Shown here: positions 25,544 to 35,777 of the stretch, in pieces
Numbering within the stretch: position 1 is the first letter of the stretch
Layout: each line of letters opens with the position of its first letter
DNA from: an uncultured Nitrososphaerota archaeon
GTDB lineage: Archaea; Thermoproteota; Nitrososphaeria; Nitrososphaerales; Gagatemarchaeaceae
NCBI GenBank assembly: GCA_963718895.1
Contig: CAVRAG010000007.1
Span: 384,001 to 448,000 of the forward strand
Direction of reading: 5' to 3'
DNA: 64,000 bases
Position numbers and translations under genes: made by a program
The notes under the pieces: generated by a model
Database searches by the model: none
Told to the model about the DNA's origin: nothing
The model's input: the letters and a program-made list of their open reading frames with translations, nothing else

Positions 25544-26014
25544 ATGGGAAAACTTGACGACGTGGACATGAAAATACTCGGGTCTCTCTACCAGGACGCG
25601 TCGGTCTCCATACCGACGCTGAGCAAGAACCTTGGCCTGAATCTCTCGGTCACCTACAGCAGGATCAAGCGACTCACGAAGCGCCAGATAATCAAGCAGT
25701 TCACGATAATCGTCGACGAGGACAAGCTCGGCCTTCCAGCCTCCGCGGTCGTGGGGGTGAACCTCGACCCGAAGCAGCGGGACCAGGCACTCTCCGAGAT
25801 CGCCAAGCTCGACCAGGTCAGGGGGATCCAGGAGGTGACGGGAAGGTTCGACGCGTTCGTGACCCTGAGGGCGAGGACCATAGAGGAGATCTACAAGATA
25901 GGCGCCGAGAACCTCGGGAAGGTCCCGGGCGTCAACCAGGCCGAGACGTTCATCCAGGTCGAGAAGATACGTCCGGTCGTGAAGTTCAGGATCGCCGAAG
26001 CACCGAGCAGCTGA
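25544..26014 (+). CDS. Lrp/AsnC family transcriptional regulator
   Basis: LDDVDMKIL..L.QDA...HTH...RIKRL; RAM domain VTGRFD. Confidence 0.92.
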   Translation: MGKLDDVDMKILGSLYQDASVSIPTLSKNLGLNLSVTYSRIKRLTKRQIIKQFTIIVDEDKLGLPASAVVGVNLDPKQRDQALSEIAKLDQVRGIQEVTGRFDAFVTLRARTIEEIYKIGAENLGKVPGVNQAETFIQVEKIRPVVKFRIAEAPSS

Positions 26015-26052
26015 AATTCACTTATAGTGCGGGAGGCCGCGGCGCGGAACAG

Positions 26053-26743
26053 TTGGACCCCTTCGTCTTAGTCGACCAGTCGGTCGCGCAGGGCGCCCTG
26101 AAGCCCGCGGTGGCGAAGAAGGTGAGGGAGAGGTCGCGCTACCTCTCTGGCCGCCATAGCGAGGGTCGAGACCGCCTCGGGGCTGACCTTCCCGCCCTAC
26201 TACGTCGAGCCCTCCCTCCCGCTCGCGACGACCTCCGTCGAGTTCGGCAGCGTGGGCGCGCTCTACGCCAGGGTGATACCCGCGAAGTTCGAAGGGAGGC
26301 TGACGATCATCGTCCAGTTCACGGCGCCCCTGCTCATCTTCGCGCTCAAGAGCACGGTCGAGGCCGTCGCGGCCCACGAGTTCACCCACTACGTAGACCT
26401 GGTCAGGAGGTTCAGCCGGATGCAGGTCACCAGCGACGAGAGGGTCAGCACGCTCTTCGAGTCGGAGTTCGCGGACGAGGAGAGGGTCGTAGACCCCAGA
26501 AGGATATTCACCGGCGACAGGAAGCTGGCCCTGCTCGTGGAGAAGAAGTTCAGGGGCGGGCTCTCCGACGAGAAGCTCAACGAGAAGGTCGCGAAGAACT
26601 GGATAGAGAAGGGGCTGCCGACGAAGAGGGTCGCGCCGGAGGAGAACGTCGTGAGCGTGGGCGTCGACGTCATCGCGAAGACCGTCTTCGATCCGATGGT
26701 CCTCGCCAGGATCAGGGAACTCGAGGTGAAGGCCCCGGCTTGA
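26053..26743 (+). CDS. Conserved HExxH-motif protein, frameshift near 26150
   Basis: MDPFVLV...YYVEPSL...LYARVIP...AVAAHEFTHY...LFESEFADEER. From recall it resembles a conserved thaumarchaeal hypothetical family. Confidence 0.7.
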
Positions 26744-28372
26744 GCAAGGTCTTCACTCCGGACGAGAAGGACCAGCTCGTCGGGCTCGCCAGCACGCTCG
26801 CCAACGACGAGGTGACCTCCGTGACGGCCTACGGGTCGAGGGTCGCGGGCTACGCGAGGCCGGACTCCGACTACGACATCATCGTCACGTCGAAGCGGTT
26901 CAGCGGAAGGGTGCGGTACAAGTACGTGGACGTCCCCGTGAAGGCCTCGGCGTCTGATCGTCAGGGACGAGCTCTTCCTCTCGGACGCCAAGAAGGCTTC
27001 GCTGGGGGAGTTCGTCTCAGGCAGGCTCCTCAACATCCACATCCCTCTCGTGAACGCGGAGTTCACCAGGGGGGCCGAGATCGAGAACAAGAAGAGGGTC
27101 ATCGCGGAGGCGATCTACGAGCTATCATCCCAGAACGGGGAGTTCTCGCAGGACATCATCATCCCGCTCGACTACTTCCTCTTCGACAAGCTGCACAAGA
27201 GGGCGACCATCTATCCGCCCGTCCTCTACAGCTACGTCAAGACCTACACGTGTCCTTCGGCCCCGGAGAACAGGGCCAGCAGCCTCGACGGGTTCAGGGA
27301 GGCGGCGAAGCTGCTCGCGGCCCAGGGGTTCTTCGAGATGCGGGACGACCGCGTCAGGCTCGTCTCGGAGAAGCTGAAGGGCAGGGCCTTCGCCAGGCTC
27401 CTGGCGCTCTTCAACCTGACCACGCGGGGGGTCAGGCAGTACGCGGTGCACGGCTATGCCGGCAGGGTGGGGCTCTCGGTCGTGAAGGACGAGGCCCTCT
27501 CGAAGGTGAGGAGGTTGCAGCAGAAGGCCGAGCCTCCCGCGGAGCTCCTCCGGCCCAAGGAGCTTCTCGAGATCGAGGAGGGCATAGTCGTGGCCAAGAC
27601 CGCAGACATGGTCCAGGCCCTCGCCGGTCGCGCCTCGTTCTCGACCTACACCCACCAGACCAAGACACTCGGTGAGGTCTACTCGACGGCAAAGCTCGTC
27701 ACCATAAAGGGGGACAGGGAGGTCAGCTACGTCTTCAAGCACTACGCCGACATCCGCTCGATGAAGTGGGCCCTTCTCAACGTCTGGTCGGCCGGGATGA
27801 AGTTCAGGATGTCGCCGCAGGCGAGGATGCACAGGGAGTACGACGCGACCTGCAAGCTCAGGAACTCGGGCGTGGAGACCCCGAAGGTCCTCGGTGCGGC
27901 CATCGACGACAAGGTCCTCGTCAAGGAGTTCGTGGACGGGAAGGTCCTGTCGAAGTTCATAGCGCAGATACTCAAGGGGAGCTCTTCGGACCTCTCGTTC
28001 GTGAGGTCCTACGGCAGAGACCTGGGGAAGATGCACCGCGCAGGGTTCGCCCTGGGGGACGCCAAGGCCGAGAACATCATCGTGAAGGGCGACATCCTCT
28101 ACTTCACGGACCTCGAGCAGGCCGAGGAGGACGGAGACCAGGCCTGGGACATCGCGGAGTTCCTGTACTATGCCGGCAAGCTCTCGCTGAAGGAAGACGC
28201 GCTCGGTCGCGTCGCCGACTCATTCCTGGACGGGTACGTCGAGTCGAACGGCAATGAGAACGTGGTCAAGGCGAAGGCATCCAAGTACGTCCTCCCGTTC
28301 AGGGCCCTGGTCACACCTCAGGTGATGAAGGCCATCAGGGGCTCGCTCGAGAGCCACGCCGTCCGGAGCTAG
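26740..28372 (+). CDS. Nucleotidyltransferase domain fused to a Bud32/RIO/Kdo-like kinase, frameshift near 26955
   Basis: AYGSRVAGYARPDSDYDIIV (Pol-beta NTase GS/DxD); C-terminal YVFKHY, LVKEFVDG, LGDAKAENIIV, FTDLEQA, WDIAEFLYY. Confidence 0.8.
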
Positions 28373-28680
28373 GTCTTCGTCTTGAAGGTTGTGTACCCGC
28401 AGTTCCCGCAGGACATCCTGTCCTTGTGCTCGGCCATGAAGTATCCCTTGCCGCACCTGGGGCACTCCTTCTTGAGCCTCGTGAGGGTGCTGTCTTCGAC
28501 CTTGTAGAGTTTCCAGACCTGGACGTTGGCCTTCGGCTTCTTCTCCTTTCGCTCCTTCCTCACCTTCGCCGGGGCCTCGCCCTCGGGCAGGACTGCCGCG
28601 GCTGCCGCTGGAGCCGGCGCAGGTGCGGGAGCGGGAGCGCCCTTAGGCGCCGCCTTTGGGTCCTTGGGATCTTTCGACAT
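28369..28680 (-). CDS. rps27ae: 30S ribosomal protein S27ae with Ala/Pro-rich N-terminal extension
   Basis: CPRCGKGYFMAEHKDRMSCGNCGYT zinc ribbon. Confidence 0.95.
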   Translation of the reverse strand: MSKDPKDPKAAPKGAPAPAPAPAPAAAAAVLPEGEAPAKVRKERKEKKPKANVQVWKLYKVEDSTLTRLKKECPRCGKGYFMAEHKDRMSCGNCGYTTFKTKT

Positions 28681-28686
28681 TAATCA

Positions 28687-29046
28687 TCACTTTTTCTTCT
28701 TGGGGGCTGGAGCCGCTGCCGCCGCGGCTGCCGCGTCGGCCTTCTTCTTCGCCGCCTTGGCCGCCTCCTTCTCTTCCTTTGTCAGGAGCCGGACCGAGAG
28801 GTACTGGTGCGCGACCTCCTTGCGACCCGCCTCCGTGTCATAGACGTGGAACCATCCGATGAGGTTCCTCGAGCCCGCCTGGGGCGAGAGCCTTACCAGG
28901 GCCACCCTTCCCTCGGTGGAGTTCAAAGCCTGGGCGACCTCCCTGATAGCCTCTTTCCTGTTGATCGCGCCCGCCTTCCCTCCAAACAAGACCTGGAGCT
29001 CGCTCCTCCCCATGAGCTTCGACTCCTTCCTGGTCACTATCTCCAT
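28687..29046 (-). CDS. rps24e: 30S ribosomal protein S24e
   Basis: MEIVTRKESKLMGRSEL...HVYDT; canonical position before S27ae. Confidence 0.85.
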   Translation of the reverse strand: MEIVTRKESKLMGRSELQVLFGGKAGAINRKEAIREVAQALNSTEGRVALVRLSPQAGSRNLIGWFHVYDTEAGRKEVAHQYLSVRLLTKEEKEAAKAAKKKADAAAAAAAAPAPKKKK

Positions 29047-29160
29047 GACTTCTGACCCTGCCGAGGGCAGGGGTAAATAAAGTGATTATGGCAACTCTCC
29101 GTCCGCACGATTCCGACATGGGAGGGATATTAGGGGGAACGGGACGAGGCAACGCCGCAC

Positions 29161-29628
29161 ATGGAACGCGCGAGGAGGGAGCTGCTCGTCATCATCATCC
29201 TGGTGGTCGCCGTGATCGCTGCCGGTTTCCTTCTGCTCTCCGACCAGCGTGCACCCTCCTCGACCAGCAAGTGCACCCCGGGCGAGTCGAGCCTCGCCAC
29301 TGTGCTAGGTACGTTGACCGTGCCGTCGGGAGGCAGCACGGGCAACCTGACGATGACCGTCGAGAACAGCACGTGCTCGTCCATCACGGGGATAATGGTG
29401 ACCGCTGCACAGCCGACGTTGGCTGGCGTGGTCAACAGCACGTTCGTCGAATACTATGGGACGCCAGTCAGCGTCTCGAACGCGTTGCCGGTCGGGCAGG
29501 GCGCGGCCGGACAGCTTCATGTGACGGGAATCGCGGCCGGACAGCAGTATAGGCTGACCGTGAAGGTGACCTTCTCATCCGGAGCCGCCGCGCAGATTCT
29601 GACTTTGGTCATAGAATCAAAGGCCTAG
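29161..29628 (+). CDS. Membrane-anchored small beta-sandwich surface protein
   Basis: N-terminal TM; LTMTVEN...GQQYRLTVKVTFSSG, reminiscent of archaeal pilin globular domains. Confidence 0.6.
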   Translation: MERARRELLVIIILVVAVIAAGFLLLSDQRAPSSTSKCTPGESSLATVLGTLTVPSGGSTGNLTMTVENSTCSSITGIMVTAAQPTLAGVVNSTFVEYYGTPVSVSNALPVGQGAAGQLHVTGIAAGQQYRLTVKVTFSSGAAAQILTLVIESKA

Positions 29629-29748
29629 CCGCGGCCCTGGTCCGGCGCCAGTGCCAAACAGCCCCGGGAGAAGCGGGGGCCCGCCACCGGTTCGGGGCAT
29701 GTCCCTTGGGTCGCATCCTTGGACCGGGCCGATGGTCTGCTCCACGGT

Positions 29749-31458
29749 TCAGTGCGCGGACCTCGCGGTCGGGATAGCGACAGACTCTTCAGATGCCTCC
29801 TTCGCCTCGGGCACATACCTCTCGCCACGGAGCACCGACGCGACCGCAGCGGCAAAGGAGAGCGCCGCACCGATGTAGAACGAGACGTCGAGCGCCGACA
29901 TGAAGGGTTTAGCGATGGCGTTGGGGAAGAAGGTCGTGCCTTCGAGGTAGCTTATCGTGCTCTGAGGGATCAGCGCGACTACCCCGGCGAGCTGGGGGGA
30001 GCTAAGCATGGTGCCCACCGGGTTGTATCCCAGAAACGCGGCGAACAGCGCGCCGGTCGGCGGAATCTGGGCGAACGCTGTTGCCAGCTGGGCAGCGCCA
30101 GCGCTGGTAAGCGCGGTTGTAAAGGCGCCGGGGAGGCTCTTGGCCAGTGCAGAGATTATTATCGTGAAGAACACCGCTGTGCTGATCGTCTGTCCAGAGT
30201 TCTGCAGCGTGGCACGCATCCCCGAGGCGGCGCCGCGGTGCTCGGGCGGGACAGAGTTCATTATCGACGCGATGTTCGGAGAGGTGAACAGCCCGCTTCC
30301 CAGCCCCATGATGAAGAGGACTATGGCGAAGGGCAGGAAGAGGAAGTTGTAGGGCAGGAACGAGAGGGCCATGAACGCCACTCCCGTGATGACCATCCCG
30401 AGGGTCGAGAGGCCCTTCGCGCCGTACTTGTCGGAGAGAAAGCCGCTCAGAGGCCCCATCACCACGAACCCCGCGATCATGGGCGTCATGTAGACGCCCG
30501 ACCAGAACGGCGTAGACGCGTAGGTGTATCCGTGCAGGGGCAGCCATATCCCCTGCAGCAAGATGATGAGCATGATCTGGACGCCACCGAATCCGACCGC
30601 CTGGAGCAATCCCGCGACGTTGGCGGCGCTGAACATCCTGATCTTGAAGAGGTCGAGCCGGAACATCGGGTCCTTAACGTGCGACTCGACGAAGGGGAAT
30701 GCGACCAGCAGAGCCACGCCCGCCACGAGCCCCGCAATCACCCACGGGTCTCCCCAACCCATCAGAGAGCTCCCGTAGGGCACCAGCCCGTAGGTCACGG
30801 CCACCAGGAGAACGATGAGCCCGACTCCAAAGGTCACGTTCCCCAGGACGTCGAGCTGTTGGTTCTTCCTGATCGTCCCGAGCTCCCTGAGCTTGAGGTA
30901 GGACCACACGGTGCCGATCACCCCGACGGGGACGCTGACCAAGAAGACGTACCTCCAGTCCCATGAAGCAAGTACGCCGCCGGCGGTCAGCCCCACGAGG
31001 GACCCCGCGAGGGCGGCGACCTGATTGATGCCGAGGGCCTTCCCTCGCTCGTTCGATGGGAACGCGTCCGTGAGTATCGCCGCGCTGTTCGCGAACAGAA
31101 ACGCGCCTCCAATCCCTTGGAGGATTCTGAAGAATATCAGCTCCAGCGCTCCGGCAGAACCGGAGCTGGGAGTTAGGAACAGGAGGATGGACCCCACCGT
31201 GAATATCGCGAAGCCCAGATTGTACAACCGTACTCGCCCGTACATGTCGGACAGTCGACCGAACGTAACAAGGAGAGTCGCGGTAACGATGCTGTAGCCA
31301 AAGAGGATCCAGAGGAGGTACTGGAACGACGTGAGCGGATCTATGTTGATTCCGCGGAAGATGGCCGGCAGCGAGATGAGCACTATCGTGCCGTTTATCG
31401 AAGCCATCAGGACGCCCAGCGTGGTGTTGGAGAGAGCAACCCACTTGTACTGGACCAT
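29749..31458 (-). CDS. MFS transporter (DHA2/EmrB-like)
   Basis: Motif [12 protein letters not shown]; [13 protein letters not shown]; 14-TM pattern. Confidence 0.93.
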   Translation of the reverse strand: MVQYKWVALSNTTLGVLMASINGTIVLISLPAIFRGINIDPLTSFQYLLWILFGYSIVTATLLVTFGRLSDMYGRVRLYNLGFAIFTVGSILLFLTPSSGSAGALELIFFRILQGIGGAFLFANSAAILTDAFPSNERGKALGINQVAALAGSLVGLTAGGVLASWDWRYVFLVSVPVGVIGTVWSYLKLRELGTIRKNQQLDVLGNVTFGVGLIVLLVAVTYGLVPYGSSLMGWGDPWVIAGLVAGVALLVAFPFVESHVKDPMFRLDLFKIRMFSAANVAGLLQAVGFGGVQIMLIILLQGIWLPLHGYTYASTPFWSGVYMTPMIAGFVVMGPLSGFLSDKYGAKGLSTLGMVITGVAFMALSFLPYNFLFLPFAIVLFIMGLGSGLFTSPNIASIMNSVPPEHRGAASGMRATLQNSGQTISTAVFFTIIISALAKSLPGAFTTALTSAGAAQLATAFAQIPPTGALFAAFLGYNPVGTMLSSPQLAGVVALIPQSTISYLEGTTFFPNAIAKPFMSALDVSFYIGAALSFAAAVASVLRGERYVPEAKEASEESVAIPTARSAH

Positions 31459-31722
31459 TCAAATCACATCCGTCACGGTCTTCATCGCAAGGGCCGACCC
31501 TGCGAGCCCCAGACGTGAGTCGCGACTTCTTCTCTGGCTGCCACGGCGAGGTCCTCTGCCTCGTCGGTCGACCCCCGCGCTCCAGCCGGTGAACTGACCA
31601 CCACCCCGGACGCATTCGAACCTGGCAGAGCGGGCGATGCGTCTGCGAGTCCAACCGGCCTCGTGCAGGAAGTCGTTCTAGAGCGTCCGCTCGTCGTGCT
31701 CAAGCTGCCCGCAAATTGCTTA

Positions 31723-31750
31723 ATACATTAACTATTTATACATTGACTAT
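31723..31750. promoter_or_regulatory. Candidate MarR operator (13-bp direct repeat)
   Basis: ATACATTAACTAT (31723-31735) and ATACATTGACTAT (31738-31750) lie between the divergent MFS and marR genes and overlap TTTATA. Confidence 0.5.
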
Positions 31751-31764
31751 ACCAATCTCAAACG

Positions 31765-32235
31765 ATGCCCGGGAAGTCAGAGCTGGCTGACCAACGCAAC
31801 GGGACGTACAACGCCGTGATAGCGACGTACAAGATGATGCAGCGCGGTCTGACCGTGCTGCTCGCCAACGAAGGATTGACGCAGCCCCAGTTCCAAGCAC
31901 TGAAGGTGATTGCGAGGCATGGTCCGATACCCATGAAGACGATAAGCGACGAATTGTCGGTTACCGCTGCAAACGTCACCGGGATCGTAGACCGGCTCGA
32001 GTCGAAGGGACTTATCGAGAGGACCGTTCGGAAGGAAGACAGGAGGGCAACCATCATAGGGCTCACCTCCAAAGGGAGGGCGATGCAGGAGGGAGTGGGC
32101 AAGAAGTACGCGAGCTTCGTGCAGAAGGCCCTTCAGAAGTTCACGCCGGAGGAACAAGAGACGCTCCGTAACCTCCTCGCGAAGCTCCAGGAGGAGATGT
32201 CCAGCCTGAGAGAGAGCACGGGGAACCTAGGGTGA
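31765..32235 (+). CDS. MarR family transcriptional regulator
   Basis: GLTQPQF..L...VTGIVDRLESKGLIER...EDRR...LTSKG. Confidence 0.95.
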   Translation: MPGKSELADQRNGTYNAVIATYKMMQRGLTVLLANEGLTQPQFQALKVIARHGPIPMKTISDELSVTAANVTGIVDRLESKGLIERTVRKEDRRATIIGLTSKGRAMQEGVGKKYASFVQKALQKFTPEEQETLRNLLAKLQEEMSSLRESTGNLG

Positions 32236-32359
32236 AGCCGGCCACAGTAGGTTGGATCAATCACTGGCTCTCGAAAGACTTCACGACGTGAAGGCCGGGG
32301 CGGAGTCAGCGCCCAGCGTCCTAATTCGCCGGCGGGCTCCAAACCCGGGTCGAGGGAGC

Positions 32360-32881
32360 CTACTCCTTCTTCATGCCTGCGAGTATCCCACTCGCCGACA
32401 GTTTCGCTCTCTCATCGACGACGACCATGACGACCCCTTCCCCCGGCTGCCCGTAGTAGAGCAGTGAACCGAGGGGGGCGGCTTCGATCGCCGGGATGGC
32501 AAGCAGGTCCTCCTCGCCGTCGATCAGCACCCGCGCCGGCTTCTCGCCCAACAGGGCGTTCTCCAGCGCCACGATCGCTTCGGCCGTAATCGTCCCTGCA
32601 GGGTTCGAGGCCCTCAAGAGACGGACAAAGGGGACCTCGGGCGGCGTCCTCCTCACCCTCCTCTCGACCTCGTCGACCACCTGGACGTCGGGCGTCCTCC
32701 CGAGCGCCTGCAGCGTCTCGGTCACGCGGTCACCGACCGAGATGACCAGCGGGGAGGAACGGAGTGTGCGGAGGAAGGGTGGTCTCCTGAGCTGGTTGGC
32801 CCTGTAGAGCGCGCCGACCGGTCTCTTGAGCCTCCTTCTGAGGGAGGGGGTTACGACGTACTGGACCGCGGCGCCGGTCAG
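32360..32881 (-). CDS. GTP-dependent dephospho-CoA kinase (DUF359)
   Basis: LKRPVG, SVGDRVT, NPAGTIT, IDGEEDLLAIP, YGQPGEG; apparent CTG start overlapping the spt4 TGA. Confidence 0.9.
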   Translation of the reverse strand: MTGAAVQYVVTPSLRRRLKRPVGALYRANQLRRPPFLRTLRSSPLVISVGDRVTETLQALGRTPDVQVVDEVERRVRRTPPEVPFVRLLRASNPAGTITAEAIVALENALLGEKPARVLIDGEEDLLAIPAIEAAPLGSLLYYGQPGEGVVMVVVDERAKLSASGILAGMKKE

Positions 32882-33063
32882 CTCACCTTGAGCGCGTACC
32901 TTCCGGGGGTCTTTATCGCCAGCGTCTCCGCGACCTTGGAGTTCTTCGGGTCGAGGACGATTATGAGGCCTGACCATTCGTCGCTCAGCTCGTTAGACCC
33001 GTCGTTCGGGCACTTCTTTTCCGTTGTCAGCATGTGGCACTTTCTGCAGGCGAGTTCCTTCAA
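32878..33063 (-). CDS. spt4: Transcription elongation factor Spt4 (RpoE2)
   Basis: ACRKCH...CPNDGS..LSDEWSGLIIVLDP..S.VA...PGRYALKV. Confidence 0.95.
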   Translation of the reverse strand: MKELACRKCHMLTTEKKCPNDGSNELSDEWSGLIIVLDPKNSKVAETLAIKTPGRYALKVS

Positions 33064-33075
33064 CCATGATCACTG

Positions 33076-33657
33076 TTAAGACGCCCGGGCCTCAGCCTTG
33101 GCCTGCTTCCCCGCCTTCGCCACCTCGTCGTCGATCCACTCGAGCGCGCCGAGGAAGGGCTGTCGGCAGGTCACGCCTATCTTTCCCATCGATATCCCGT
33201 GACCGAGCGATACGGCGGTGATCCGGACGCGCACCTTGGATCCCACCTTCAGCGTCCTCTTCGACTGCGAGGCGGTGATGACGCCAGACTTCACGTCGCT
33301 GGTGAGGTAGTCGTCCATTATCTGGCTGAGATGGAGCAGCGCGTCGGTCGGGCCTATCCTCACGAAGGCACCGAAGTCGGTGATCTCGACGACCTCCCCC
33401 TCGATTATCTCCTGCTTGAGCGGGAAGAAAGCGAAGACCTCGAACTTGACCTTGTGGTAGGTGGCTCCGTCCCCTGCGATTATCTTCCCGATCTTGTCCA
33501 CCTTGACGTTTGTTACGAGCACCAGATACCCGTAGTCGGGGTTGATCGTGCTCTCGTACTTCAGCTTCAAGAGCTCGAGCGCGACGTTCTCCAGAGACGA
33601 CCCGAACCGGTTCGGAGGAACGCGCACTACGTCATCTAGCTCAACAAGTTGAAACAT
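33076..33657 (-). CDS. rpoE1: RNA polymerase subunit Rpo7 (E')
   Basis: VRVPPNRFG, GDGATYH, FGAFVRIGPTDALLHLSQI, TCRQPFLG. Confidence 0.97.
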   Translation of the reverse strand: MFQLVELDDVVRVPPNRFGSSLENVALELLKLKYESTINPDYGYLVLVTNVKVDKIGKIIAGDGATYHKVKFEVFAFFPLKQEIIEGEVVEITDFGAFVRIGPTDALLHLSQIMDDYLTSDVKSGVITASQSKRTLKVGSKVRVRITAVSLGHGISMGKIGVTCRQPFLGALEWIDDEVAKAGKQAKAEARAS

Positions 33658-33717
33658 ATCTAAACCAGAGGAACCCTTGACCCCCCGGCATCCCTAATAT
33701 AAAATTTTGCAGGGCGT

Positions 33718-34137
33718 CTAGTTCTGGCGCCTCTCGACCCTTCCCGACCTCAGCGAGAGCACCTCGACGTGGGAGGCCCTCAGTTGGCGGATAAGCTCGC
33801 CGTCTATCGTGGCAACCACAGCGCCTTCGCGCAGGGCGTAGGAGACCAGCTCCTCGTCGGCCCGTCTCCCCTCCGACGGCTCCAGGCGAAGCGTTCCCTC
33901 CTCCACCAGACCGATGGCCAGCTCGGCGAACCTCGACTGGCGACCCTTCCTGTCCGCGAGCCGCCTCAGCTCGGCGAGGACGGGCTGCAGGACCACCCCT
34001 TCGAAGCGCCCCATATCCTCTAGGATGTCTCCCTGCCAGGGCGTGGGGTGCTCCATGACCGCGATGAGGAAGCTGCTGTCGAAGAGGACCCGCCGGGGGC
34101 GCCTTACTTTACCAGGCCCGAGCCGATCAACCGCCAA
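33718..34137 (-). CDS. PIN-domain protein (Fcf1/Utp24-like)
   Basis: VLFDSSFL...VLAEL...ADEEL...VVATID.EL; conserved position between aIF2g and rpoE1. Confidence 0.88.
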   Translation of the reverse strand: MAVDRLGPGKVRRPRRVLFDSSFLIAVMEHPTPWQGDILEDMGRFEGVVLQPVLAELRRLADRKGRQSRFAELAIGLVEEGTLRLEPSEGRRADEELVSYALREGAVVATIDGELIRQLRASHVEVLSLRSGRVERRQN

Positions 34138-35357
34138 CGCTCCGCTATCCTCCTGCTAATTGCAACGCGCGCACCCGGTTCGGCGACGACGGGCTTGCGG
34201 ATCTCGAGTTCGGCGACAGTGTCTCTCACCGAGGTCACGGAGCCCAGCGTGGCCGCCGTGCCGATGTTGAGCCTCAGGGACTCGCCCATCCTAACCTTCT
34301 CCACCTTGAGCAGCTCGACCGACCCGACCGCCTGGTCGAAGAGCTGTAGGTCGACAGAGAGACGCGTCCTGGGAGGGGGAAGCGTGCCCGGCCTTCCCAC
34401 GAGCGAGCCGACCATGAGGTCGCCCTTGGTCAGCGAGGGGTCGAGGTAGGTCCCGAGCGAAATCAGTCCGCCGGGCCCGACCTTCTCTGCCATCCCCGCG
34501 CCCGTGCCGAGGCTCGCTATCTTCGTCATGAGGGGCGCGAACTTTCCCCTCTCGTCGGGGAGTCCCGGGGATATCTCAATCTCCTCACCGACGCTCAGCT
34601 CGCCCCTGACGAGACTGCCTCCCAGCACACCTCCCACGAGCGACGGAACCTCGGCGCCCGGCTTGTTGACGTCGAAGGACCTCAGGGCCAGCATCTGGGG
34701 TGTGGCCGCAGGGTCCCTCTGGGGCGTCGGGATGTGCAGCTCCAGCGCCTCGATGAGCGCGTCGATGTTGATGCCATGCTGGGCTGAGATGGGGATGATC
34801 GGGGCGTCCGCTGCTATCGTGTTCGAGAGGAAGCTCTTGATCGCCTCGTGGTTCTTCCTCGCCCCCTCGGAGTCGACCCTGTCGATCTTATTCTGGACGA
34901 TGACCATCTTCTTCATCCCCAGCATCTGCAGGGCGAGCATGTGCTCCCTGGTCTGGGGCATCGGGACCGGCTCGTTGGCCGCGATGACGAGTATGGCGCC
35001 GTCCATCAGCGCCGCCCCGGCGAGCATGTTTGTCATGAGCGACTCGTGGCCCGGCGCGTCGACGAAACTCACCGTCCTCAGGAGCTGCGTCTCCTGCCCG
35101 CAGACTGGACAGATGGGGGAGGTCGAGTATGCCTCCGGCGGTGGTGTGTGGGCGCACTTGTAGAAGGCCGCGTCGGCGTAGCCGACCTTGATCGTGATTC
35201 CCCTCTTGAGCTCCTCGCTGTGGGCCGACGCCCACACCCCAGTAATCGAGGCGACGAGGCTCGTCTTACCGTGGTCTACGTGACCTGAAGTACCTATGTT
35301 GCACTCGGGCTGCTTGGGAATCCGCATCGTCGGGACCGTGGACATAGTCTGGGCCAT
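34104..35357 (-). CDS. eif2g: Translation initiation factor 2 gamma subunit
   Basis: QPECNIGTSGHVDHGKT, HSEELKRGITIKVGYAD, DAPGHE, NKID, RWRLIGSG. Confidence 0.97.
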   Translation of the reverse strand: MAQTMSTVPTMRIPKQPECNIGTSGHVDHGKTSLVASITGVWASAHSEELKRGITIKVGYADAAFYKCAHTPPPEAYSTSPICPVCGQETQLLRTVSFVDAPGHESLMTNMLAGAALMDGAILVIAANEPVPMPQTREHMLALQMLGMKKMVIVQNKIDRVDSEGARKNHEAIKSFLSNTIAADAPIIPISAQHGINIDALIEALELHIPTPQRDPAATPQMLALRSFDVNKPGAEVPSLVGGVLGGSLVRGELSVGEEIEISPGLPDERGKFAPLMTKIASLGTGAGMAEKVGPGGLISLGTYLDPSLTKGDLMVGSLVGRPGTLPPPRTRLSVDLQLFDQAVGSVELLKVEKVRMGESLRLNIGTAATLGSVTSVRDTVAELEIRKPVVAEPGARVAISRRIAERWRLIGSGLVK

Positions 35358-35419
35358 GAGGGATTATGGGAAAGTTCGGACTTTCGGGGATAGATAAAGA
35401 TGCTGAGTCTGAGCGCGGA

Positions 35420-35761
35420 TTACTCTGTCTTGACCGCGTTCAGCTGGTAGACCTCCTCGGTCACCGTCCCCCCTCTGACCAGCTTCCTGCGCTTCTCGCC
35501 CTCGACGGAGTGCCTGAACCCTATGCCCTCGGTCATCAGGACGTGTCTCTTCCCGCTCCCCATGACGTCGCCCCTCATAGGGAACCCGGCCCTGTCGGAA
35601 CCCCCGGTTAGTTTGACCTTGTAGCTCTGTCCGATGACGCTCAGGTCGATGACCTCGCCGATCTTGCGTCCCATGAATATCTGGGCCTGGGAGTCCTTGG
35701 TCTCCAAGACCTCGGACTTGCCCGACTTGGAATCGGAAATAATCACTTTGAACTGAGCCGT
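35420..35761 (-). CDS. rps6e: 30S ribosomal protein S6e
   Basis: (M)AQFKVIISD...KLTGGSDRAGFPMRGDV...GEKRRKLVRG...YQLN. The in-frame start position reads ACG. Confidence 0.95.
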   Translation of the reverse strand, partial: TAQFKVIISDSKSGKSEVLETKDSQAQIFMGRKIGEVIDLSVIGQSYKVKLTGGSDRAGFPMRGDVMGSGKRHVLMTEGIGFRHSVEGEKRRKLVRGGTVTEEVYQLNAVKTE

Positions 35762-35777
35762 GAGCCATTCCTCCCTT

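Noticed and set aside
31590-31660. tRNA-like GGTTCGAAT on the minus strand
   Set aside because: No cloverleaf, D-arm or acceptor stem could be built.
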